Shown: piece by piece, positions 25,420 through 35,972 of the stretch | How positions within the stretch are numbered: the stretch's first letter is position 1 | How the letters are laid out: every line of letters starts with the position of its first letter | Source: Selaginella moellendorffii | Lineage: Eukaryota > Plantae > Lycopodiophyta | Direction: 5' to 3' | DNA: 64,000 bases | Assembly (NCBI RefSeq): GCF_000143415.4 | Contig: NW_003314263.1 | Coordinates: forward strand, 4,028,519 to 4,092,518 | The notes under the pieces: model-generated | The model's input: only the letters and a program-made list of their open reading frames with translations | What the model was told of the DNA's origin: nothing | Database searches by the model: none | Program-made: the position numbers and the translations under genes

Positions 25420-28400
25420 ATGGTAAGTCTTTTAGGCCAAGTAGAAAATGGCATGAGGCCACATGCCATTTAGTAGCAACATTGGCATGCACCGATTGGG
25501 CTCTCGAGTGCAGTCCGGTTACAGATGGCGTGTAGCCTCACGCCATCTTAGGATGCAGCCTCAAGACATCTGATGCAGTGGTGAATGGCGTGTGGCCTCA
25601 CATTATTTCCAGCTACTAGCTTTTCATCTGTCAGCTCTAATTGTTGTGCATTTCTGAACAGGCGAGGAATTGCGTTCTTCTTCCAGCCACTGTCAATGTG
25701 GATGCAGAGAAGGGGGAGGAGCTCACCAGTTGGACTTTCGGGATGGAAGGCGAGGATCTGAGGCTGTACAACACAGATGGTGGGAGAAAAGAATGCATGG
25801 GGATCCTCATCCAAGTGACAGACACTCCATGCAGTTCCATGCAAGAATATGGACTGGCACTTGTGGTAGAGACAGCGTCTGCCTTCAAGATCCACCTTGC
25901 ACATCCTAGCGGCTTCCCGGAGGGGGGCAGCGGCTATGAGGAATTCCTAGAGGGAGCTAGGGAGAGGTTGTCCAGGAGGCCCACAATTTCAAAGACGCTG
26001 CGGGTCTATGAAGATCACATGGAATCCACGGACCTCACCTACGGCGATGTTCAAAAACTATATTCCAACATTGAGCCATTGAGAGTGACTCCAGTTCGCG
26101 AAGCAAAGGGGAAGGGGGTCGATCTGGAAACTACCTCGAAGCAGAAAAGGGTGGTCAAGCTCAAGCCGACGTCCGACTCTCCTGCTCCAAAAAAGAAGCT
26201 ACTCAATGATGCCATTGCCTCGGGTTCGAACACTACACCCACCAAAAAGAAGAGCCGCAAAGAGCAGAAAGAACAAGAAGAGGCAGCAAAAATCANNNNN
26301 NNNNNNNNNNNNNNNNNNNNNNNNNNNNNNNNNNNNNNNNNNNNNNNNNNNNNNNNNNNNNNNNNNNNNNNNNNNNNNNNNNNNNNNNNNNNNNNNNNNN
26401 NNNNNNNNNNNNNNNNNNNNNNNNNNNNNNNNNNNNNNNNNNNNNNNNNNNNNNNNNNNNNNNNNNNNNNNNNNNNNNNNNNNNNNNNNNNNNNNNNNNN
26501 NNNNNNNNNNNNNNNNNNNNNNNNNNNNNNNNNNNNNNNNNNNNNNNNNNNNNNNNNNNNNNNNNNNNNNNNNNNNNNNNNNNNNNNNNNNNNNNNNNNN
26601 NNNNNNNNNNNNNNNNNNNNNNNNNNNNNNNNNNNNNNNNNNNNNNNNNNNNNNNNNNNNNNNNNNNNNNNNNNNNNNNNNNNNNNNNNNNNNNNNNNNN
26701 NNNNNNNNNNNNNNNNNNNNNNNNNNNNNNNNNNNNNNNNNNNNNNNNNNNNNNNNNNNNNNNNNNNNNNNNNNNNNNNNNNNNNNNNNNNNNNNNNNNN
26801 NNNNNNNNNNNNNNNNNNNNNNNNNNNNNNNNNNNNNNNNNNNNNNNNNNNNNNNNNNNNNNNNNNNNNNNNNNNNNNNNNNNNNNNNNNNNNNNNNNNN
26901 NNNNNNNNNNNNNNNNNNNNNNNNNNNNNNNNNNNNNNNNNNNNNNNNNNNNNNNNNNNNNNNNNNNNNNNNNNNNNNNNNNNNNNNNNNNNNNNNNNNN
27001 NNNNNNNNNNNNNNNNNNNNNNNNNNNNNNNNNNNNNNNNNNNNNNNNNNNNNNNNNNNNNNNNNNNNNNNNNNNNNNNNNNNNNNNNTTCAACAAGACC
27101 AAAATGACTCCCGGCCATATTGTGACATACGAGGACTTGTGCACGACTCTGAGAGCTCGTGCGCTATTGAAGGATTGGATCTTCGAGCAAGTGGCCATGG
27201 AGAGGGTGAGCATCGACACCACGCAAGAGATGATGGAAGCGCTGGAGTTGTCAAATGAAGACATCGACGAGTACGTGAAGGGGGCCCCCAAGTTCATCGA
27301 TCTGCTGCGGGATGCCACGAAAAGTAAAGCTGAGAAGTTGGATCAGTATCCAAATTTCATTAAGATTGATGTCGACCGCCGGCTTCAGAAACAGCTCGAC
27401 CCCGCAGCAGAGGCCTATCGAGAACCTTACCGGGTATACTTGAATTCGGATGAGGATCAAAGGTGGAGGAGCATCGTTTCCCGCGGAGATGAGCAGGTCA
27501 AGAACATCTTTTGTGTGATGGACTTCACAAACGAGGAGATCACTCATGCAGACGAAGTCAGCTCCATCATTGACTTAATGGTGGGACTTGCGGAGGTGGA
27601 ATCTTCAGTCCACTATATGATCTACGACTCCGAATCCTATCACAAGTTCTGGAAGGCCTTGAACGAGGTGAAGGCTCGGTTGAAAGGCAAGGAGATGCGG
27701 GAGATCCATGGGATAATGGCTAAGAAGAAGATACCGACGAATGTCCGCATCTTCACACTCGCCCTTGTTATTGGTCCTGCAGCAGAGTGGGACTGGAGTG
27801 ACTTCCCAGCTTCGTTCGACAAGGCCAATCGAATTGATCTGAGGGAGGTCAATTTACCCGTGCCTGAGGAACTGAAGACGGCTATGGAGCTTTCGAATCC
27901 AAAGAAAGCTCCAGGTGCAGCATGGGAAATGCTCAGCTGGGTCTTCAACGCAATAGCGGGTGGGTCACCTGCTTCCGACTCCAAGGGCAAATGCGTTGTC
28001 GAGTACAACTGCGGCGGACTATTCTTTCGAGCCGCACTACTCAAGGGTGTCCCGTGTGTTGCGGTGACAAACTCCATTGAAGAGGTGACTTCAATGGAGC
28101 ATATAATTACAGTTGCCAAAGAAAAACAGTATCTTCTCTGCGAACCTGGTGAGTACGCACTTTAAGTTTAAATGTTATCTCACAAGCTCTGTATGCAGGA
28201 GCGTGGCCACCCCCAGATGCTGAAACGGCGTTAACAGCTACTGTTGAAGATACCCATGTTGGGCCGAGCTCACAACCTGCACAAGGTAAGGTCACGTGAG
28301 GCCTCACGCCATTTTGATTATAGATCGTTGTGAATATTCAGACACGAGGACTGAAAAGCGCACTGGTGGCGCATCGAAGAAGGACAAACAGAAAAGCAAT

Positions 28401-30986
28401 AGGAAAAAAGGAGGTACAAATTATATTTGCAATGGCGTGTGGTCTCATGCCATTTCTTGCAGGAGAAACTTCTTCAAAGGCAAAACAGGCAAGCACCAGC
28501 CAAGCTCAAACTGACAGTGGTCATAAAAAGCGAAAGCACGTTGGACAGTCGTCGAGATCAGAGGCGTTTGATTCGAAAAGGAAGAAGGGCAACGAAAAGA
28601 TGATAGGTAATGCCTCGCGGTTATGGCGTGTGTGCTCATGCCATTCATTGCAGATCAAGGGCTGAGTGAAAGCAGGCAGTCACCACCTCATGACTCAGAT
28701 TCCTATGGCAGACTCCCCTTCCCCAATCTCAATGGAGAGGTACAATGGATGAGGGAAGCTTTTCAAGTCAGGGCCACGTTTTTCTCATCTTGTCATCTTT
28801 GAAGGGTGCAAGAACGTGCAGAAACCATGTTAAGACAGTCGGGTGAGGATACGGTCCTAGGTCACGCACTAAAACAAGCTATGGATGTCTTGTATTTTGA
28901 GATGGAGACTCGGCCAGATGATTTTCCCAAGATGGTCCTGGAAGAACAAGCCATCCAGCCTGAGCAGCCTATGGAAGAAATGCAGGAGGGGGATGAGGAG
29001 CCAGAGAAAGATAATGAGCAAGAAGAGCAGAAGGACGAAGAGGAGGACAAAGAAGAGGAGGACAAAGAAGAGGAGGACAAAGAAGAGGAGGACGAAGAGG
29101 ACTTGGATGGTCCTCACAATGGTGACGATCACAATAACGACGACGACGATGATGACGACGATGGCCAGCCTGAGGTGGCCAAAGAGCGGCGGAGGAAGGT
29201 CATACAAGACAAACCATCAGGTAAATAATAATACATCCATTCCTAACCTTTTACCATTTCTAACATTGTCCATGTAGGTCGCAGAGCAAATGGTAAGTAG
29301 AGATTATTCAGTTGAATTTACAAACTCTAGCCTTTAGTGTCGAGGAAGGATAGTGCCAAGCAAGGGTCGAAACGTATGTCCAATCCTTCAGAATCAGCAG
29401 TGCGCTCAAGTGATATCGGTCCTAGTTCCTCAATAGCAGTTGATGGTAAATACAGTATAGTCGATTCAATGTGCTAATGAGTTTGTTTTTAGTAGCACGG
29501 GAGGATACCATCTCAATCGAAGGGAGATATTTGGACATGCATATGGATCCGCCAGTGGACTCTACTTGGCTGCAAGAGTCATCAGAGCTGGTGGAGGCTA
29601 CTATCCATATCAACGCCAAGCAAGCTGACCACGCTCCACTTGATGCTGCCCATACCACTGAGTCAATCTTGTCCACGTATCCAACTGACAGTGACCAGGC
29701 GCCATTGGACCCACATGAGGCCGCCCCAGCCACCGAGCCGGTCGTATCCTCATTTCCAACGGACTCAACGTGTGCCCAATCGTCTGACTACGCGCCGTTG
29801 GAACCTCCCTACACCGCCCCTGCTGCCTGTTCGGTCATGTCCACTTTGCCAACGGAGGCACCAGCTGAAATGGCGTGTGATCACACGCCATCGGAACCAC
29901 CCCATGCCACTGTTGAGCCAGTTGTACCAGAGTCTACAGCTGAAATGGCATGTGCCCACACGCCATCGGATGCGATTGACCCCACATTGCAGAGGAGAGT
30001 ATTTCCGCCCTTCACGTTTCCTCGACCAAAACCCTCTCAACGACCATCGGGAGCAACATTCGCTAATATTGTAGATGGTAAAATTGACTTGTACCATTTT
30101 TTATGCTGACGCATTTCATTTCAGACTCACGGCGAAGGTACTGTATCGTTTTTGATCTGAACGGTGTCCTTTTCTCCCATGAGCGTGGCTCGTCCTCGAA
30201 TGTCATTGCACCCTCCAAAGCCTGCGGTCGCAAGTTGGTCAAAAGAGACAGATTCACATTAATCACACGGGAGAACTGCGGGATCTAATAATGACCATGC
30301 GACACTTAAAACAGAGGGCCGGGTTCAATTTGCAATTGGGAGTTTGGACATCCATGATGCGCCACAATGCATTAACGTTGCTACAGATGATGCACGATCA
30401 GACGCGAGTAATATTACCATTTGACTTTCTCCTAACGCAGGAGGATTGCTTGACTATGGTCCATGTGAGGGGTAGCAAGCCCATCTTCGTCAAGCCAGAG
30501 GCTGTAGTGATGAACCGGACTGCTAGCTCAAGTGAAATCCTCATCATCGATGACTCGCCGATTAAAACTGCAGCGAACACGCACACATATGCAGTGCACC
30601 CCATCTCTTGCAGTATGGAAACTAGGGAGAAGAAACCGTATGTTCTGGGGGACCTTGCAAAACGGCTTGGAGCGATGGTGATAGAGAACCGGCCAGTCCA
30701 GGAGGTGGCTGCAGAAATCAACCAAATGGCAGATGGAACGGTATATCAGAAGCCATTTGATCGGACAGACACCAGTCATCATTTATGGCATGTATATTGT
30801 CTAGCCAAGCACTATCCGCATCTCCATAATCTGCTCAACCGGATGGGTTCTTCGACCACTAAACATGAGCGTGGACGTATTAGAGAAGAGATGGCATTAC
30901 TATTGGGTTTAAATCCTGATAGTGTGGAGAGTGATGAAATTCCAAGATTATTGTATAGGCGTTGGAGGCAAAAAATAACAGTCTGA
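25420..30986 (+). CDS. Transposon ORF2, large multi-exon protein: unknown N-terminus, gap, methyltransferase-like region, basic/acidic/Pro-rich linkers, FCP1/NIF (HAD) phosphatase-like domain. Two lesions
   Basis: ATG|gtaagt intron 25423-25661 splices in frame. Phase-1 GT-AG introns at 28149-28198, 28286-28341, 28414-28462, 28607-28653, 29221-29277, 29293-29337, ~29446-29495 and 30078-30124 keep one frame. In-frame TGA at 28800 and a 1-nt frameshift near 30280. Continuity across the 26296-27089 gap is assumed. Confidence 0.7.
30125..30700 (+). CDS. FCP1-homology (NIF/HAD) domain of ORF2, DLNG variant
   Basis: CIVFDLNGVL, GVWTS, TQEDC, KPIFVK and ILIIDDSPIKTAAN..YAVHP occur in the order typical of plant FCP1-like proteins. 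Confidence 0.78.
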
Positions 30987-31427
30987 GATGGCATGTATTT
31001 ATTTAAAAATGTAACTTATTATGGCATGGTGTTCCATGCCATTGTATTAATATTAAAAGACAATTCTTTGAGAGGATTTGCATTATACTAGAAGTGTTAC
31101 AGCATGTTATTGGAAGTCTACGAAGTTGTTTTATTAATAATGGGAAAGTAAAGATTGAATGGGGACTTGGGCTCCACCTAGACTCGGAGCAACTGAGCCA
31201 ATATTAAAAGGATGGAAAGAAATTGGATGACGATGACAAGGAGAAGAGAGAGGTGAAGCAGTGGCAGGGGGAGGAGAAGTGATTGAGTAGATATTTCCTT
31301 GTTTAAAATAAAATGGCATGTGCTTCAATGCAGTTGAATTTTGTTATATTTATATACTATATAAAGGTTTGGAAACCTTATTTTACAAGTGGGATAATGA
31401 CAATTCCCACTTTAACGAAATAGAGCT

Positions 31428-32400
31428 TTTTGGCCCTTCACCAAAAAGCCAATGTGGATCTTCCTCTCACAATCTTGCAGTGTTGTGCCTAGGCCGGATT
31501 ACCAACAAACTTTGCTTGAACATGAGTCTCTAAGGTTGGTTACTTGGTTGATCAATGGCATAATAGGTTGGAGCTTGAGAGTCATTACTTTAGCATAGAC
31601 CTTGTAGGATGTGTTGAGCATAATGATCGCTCTTCAATTCCTCAACTCTTGCAAGTCTCCTTTCAGTTCCTCAACTCTTGCAATCTAGCCCTCAAGAATT
31701 TTGTGAGGCATGGTCCCATCACACTGAGCATCCCACCACACTTGCAACAGCAATGGGCCTATAGTTTCCTAGTGCTCCTCAAAAAAAGCAGGTAAGAGGC
31801 CATCAATGTCTAGCTGCTTGTCATTACTAAACTTCCCAAGTGCTTCCTGAAGCTCCTCCAATGTGAAGTCCATCCTTAGTAGGTCATGCCACTCGAGAGG
31901 GACACACCAGAGGAGGGATGCTAGCACTTCCTCTACTGCCCTTTCCCTTCCTAGAGTCCACTGCTGGGCCATGTATAGTGCTTGGTAGAACTTCTAGGCG
32001 AGCTGTTACATCCCTTGTTGATCCACAATGACCCTCCCATCTATGTGTTGCAGTCCTAGGATGGGAGGAGAGTCAATCACCAACCTGATTCCCTTATAGA
32101 AGGGCTTGCTGAGAAGGTGTTTGTTTAGGGCCCATCCATCTTCCATGGCTTGGATGCCCTTGCTCCATGCAGCATACTCCAGGTGAAGCTAAGCCATGTT
32201 TTAAGGCTTCCACCATCCTGCTATATGCAAGTTTAGGCTTACACCCGGTCCAGTCTCAACTGGGAGGTCATTGTCTTACCACCTCATGAAAGGGTGAGTA
32301 TGAGGTGCGAACCCTGCTGCATGTTAGATTGCAGGAAAAAATTTAGCCACACAAGTGGGAGCATTGGAGTCAGCCCATGGATGTATTGGGGATCATGGAC
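31428..32400 (-). mobile_element. Decayed LINE, start of the reverse-transcriptase region
   Basis: FTLEELQEALGKFSNDKQLDIDGLLPAFF and MLNTSYKVYAK motifs. TTTAGGG tract at ~32410-32430. Confidence 0.75.
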
Positions 32401-32779
32401 CTCCAACAAGTTTAGGGTTTAGGGTTTAGGATTTGAATTTCACACATTTAGGGTCAAAGACACCCCGCGGTGCTGTGATCCAGCGAGATCCATCTTTCTA
32501 GATTCTCTTTGGACGACCATGCACGATGTCTCACTTTGAAGATGATCAAGAAGGGAGGATTTTTGGATCTAGTGGCAAGGACTACTGCCACAATTGGGAC
32601 TAGTAGCCAACAGAATCAATTCGACGGTACACGCATGGGGGCTCCATACATCTCTCCTCCAACGCCTGCTTTGGAGTTTGCTCCCTTAGGAGGAGGTTCA
32701 TGCCCTTTCCTAGTTCCTATGGTAGGGGCTAGGACTCATTCAAAGATGAGTTAGCACACTTGTATTGTGTGGGAGGCAA

Positions 32780-33501
32780 TCTTGGGTCCTTCTCGGACTC
32801 CATCTCGGTCCATCTCGGACTCCATCTTGGGTCCATCTCAGACTCCATCTCAAACTCCATCTCAGGTCTATCTCGGACTCCATCTCGGACTCTACCATGT
32901 GTCATATGTTGGTCCTTTTGTGTCCCTTTTCTAGAGACTCACTTATTGCTTGCTTCATGCTTGTCCTTTGAGCACTTCATTGGGAGTTCCACTCCCGTTC
33001 TCGACCTTTCAAATCGGAGCGTTTAGTCTAAATGTGTTATGCTCGTTTGGTTTTCGATTTAGCCACTACCACATGGCACCCTTCCAGCTCCACTTTGGGG
33101 CCTAGGGATTTTGTGTCTCATAGGCGGTTCCTCATGTCTGCAGGCATCTTAAGGATGCTAAGGAATGGATCTTGGATGGTCACTTCTGGACAGATGGCCT
33201 AGTCGTTGAGAGACGGGACTGGGATGCAGGTGGTGTTGGACCACATGTGTAACCAAGGTGAAGGGGCATGGCCTTAGCGTAATGGGCTAGTATGTTGGTG
33301 GTACCTTGGGGTGTTGGTCTTGGGACCGGACACGTGGAGCACTTGGACCAAGTGCAAAAGATGAGTGGCATGGATGCCATTCTCGGGGCTAGCAAGTCCC
33401 AAGTCCTGAATTGGACTTAAGGAGGTTGTGAATGAGACTCCTCCAAGTGGTCAGAGGTGTGGTTAAGTGACTAAGTAGAATGGAAAAATTAGTCGCTTAC
33501 A
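32780..33501. mobile_element. Rearranged family-A LTR remnant: 5' part inverted (~32780-33122), 3' part forward (~33142-33501)
   Basis: ...gtgtctcata ends at 33122 and ...gtcgcttaca ends at 33501. Confidence 0.8.
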
Positions 33502-35972
33502 ATCCGGTGGCCAGCGAGCAAGTACATGGGGGAGTCAAGAAAAAAGAGAAAAACCCACTGATAAAAAGGTCAAGTCTGTTAGCAGCGTGGGAAACAACAT
33601 ATGCTACAACTGCGGTGAAGCAGGACACTTTTCAAGGGAATGTCCCTACCCAAAGAAGGCTAGAGCTAATATAGCCATTAAGTCGGGTGACATTCAAACT
33701 TAGGTATGTGATCCAGTCCCTAGCTCAAAGTTACTCATTAGACGAACAACTTTGGTAAAGAGTTGTTCACGATATTTACTAGCCCTCTAAGAGAAGTTCG
33801 GAGGTAGCTTTGTTAAAATCCTTATTGATACGGGTGCTTCGGATAATTTTGTGGCTGTAGACATAGTTCGGCAAGCTGGATTAATGGTGCAGTGGCTAGG
33901 TGAACCAAAGACGATAGAGTTTGTTCAAGGTAGCCAAAGCACCGATGAGATACTTTGACAAGCGAAAGTCGAAGTAGGGACATGGAAAGTAGACATGGAT
34001 TTCACCGTGTTGGACATGGTGGGATTTGACATAATCTTTGGGATGGATTGATTCAATCGGTTCATAATAGCTCTGCATGGACAAGGTAGGAACCTTGTAG
34101 TACTGGCGAATGCCCAAGGAGAACGATCCAAGGTAGAGGCCCAGAATCTAAAGGTAGGGCAATATAAGGCTAAAGACTCCTGCTTAAACTTGGTGTCTAC
34201 AAGAGGACAACTCACTAAAGGAACCAAGGCAGCATTTTTATGCATACTCTCGGTGAAGAGTGACAAAAAGACAGGAACGGAAGAAGTACATTTAGTGATC
34301 TAGCAGGTGTTGGACCAATTCCAGGATACCATGCCAAAGGAGCTACCAGCAGGGTTGCCCCCCGCACAACCGATAGAACACAAGATTGAGCTAGTCGAGG
34401 GTGCTAAGGCAATGGTTTGTCCCCCCTATCGTTTGAATGAAAAGGAACTTAAAGAGCTCAAGCGCCAACTAAAAGAGTTGGTGAACAAAGGGTATGTTAA
34501 GTTGAGCAGGTCACCGTATGGGGCGCTGGTGTTATTTGTGAAAAAGAAAGATGGATTTATGTGCATATGCATAGACTACCGGCTGCTCAACAAGTATACA
34601 AAGAAGAACAAATACCCTTTGCCAAGGATTGAGGACTTGTTCGATAAGTTGGGAAAAGAAAAATACTTCTTGAGGATTGACTTAAGGTCAGGATACTACC
34701 AGATCAGGGTAGCTAAAGAAGATGTCGAGAAGACAACCTGTTGAACAAGGCATGGGAGCTTTTGAGTTCCTGGTGATGCCCTTTAAGCTGTGCAATGCAC
34801 CGGCAACGTTTTCAGCTCTGATAAACCACATCTTTGTACTCTATCTAGATCACTTCATAGTTGTTTATATTGATGAGATCCTGATCTATAGCGAGACGCT
34901 AGAGGAGCATGTTGAACACTTGACAAAGGTGTTTGAGAAACTAAGGGAATATAAATTGTATGCTAAAGAGAGCAAATGCAACTTTGCTCAACAAGAGGTA
35001 AAGTTTCTTGGGCATGTGGTGGGCCAAAATGGGCTCAAGGTGTACCCTAAGAAGGTCCAAGCGATCTAGGAATAGGAGCGACCAATGTACAGTTGAAGGC
35101 ATTTTGGGGGCTATGCAACTACTACCGAAAGTTTATCAAATACTATTCAAGAGTAACCCTACCCTTAATGGACCAAACAGGTAAAGGGAAGATGGTATGG
35201 ATAGTAGAATCCAAGGCGACATTTGTCCACCTCAAAGGGAAGTTGAGGAAAACACTTGTATTAGCATTATTAGACTTTGGTAAGGACTTTGAGGTAGAAA
35301 CAGATGCTTTGGACTTTGTGTTGGGCGCAATTTTGAAACAAGACAACCATCCAGTGGTGTTCTTCTTGAAGAAGTTGGACAAGGCTCAGTGAAAGTGGCT
35401 TGCCCACAAGAAGGAATTATTTGCGGTGGTCAAGGTGCTCAAGGAGTGGCAACACTACCTTGGGAGGCACTTTAAAGTTTACATGGACAATGTGGCAATG
35501 AAACACTTCTTGTCACAACCCGACCTAAGAGGGAAATAAGGTCGGTGGGCCAATGCTTTGGCTAAGTTTGATTGCGAGATTCTGTATAAACCTAGGAAGA
35601 GCAACATTGTGGCAAATGCTCTAAATCAAAAAGCAAGCTTGAAGTTGGCAATATTTAACACAACAGCAACCATTTGGGATGATGTGCGGGTAGTGTATAA
35701 GAATGATGGTCTAGCACAAGAAGTGTTGCTGAGGAACCAAGAGGCGCGAGAAGCTCACTAGAGAGGTGAATTGCCAACAGAAGAGAAAATAGGTTATGCA
35801 AAATGCAATGGACTTATCTATTATAAACAAATGAGGGTGTATGTTCCATAAGGGGAACTAAAAAAGATAGCCTTAGAAGCAGGTTCGCAAGGCCTTACGA
35901 GATTGAGGCACGAATCGGTAAAGTGGCTTATTGTCTCCAACTTCCTCGAGAGATGGGGAAGATGCACCTAGT

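Larger units (their letters stand above)
18955..31423. mobile_element. ~12.5 kb TIR DNA transposon, Sola1-like, with two divergent genes
   Basis: Perfect TIR CTATTTCGTTAAAGTGGGA (18955-18973) / TCCCACTTTAACGAAATAG (31405-31423), flanked on both sides by AGCT (4-bp TSD). The palindromic target makes the exact termini slightly ambiguous. Minus-strand LINE sequence lies on both sides. Confidence 0.85.

Noticed and set aside
19176-31334. Palindromic repeats as a CRISPR array
   Set aside because: Spacing is irregular, there are no uniform spacers or cas genes, and the context is a eukaryotic TE.
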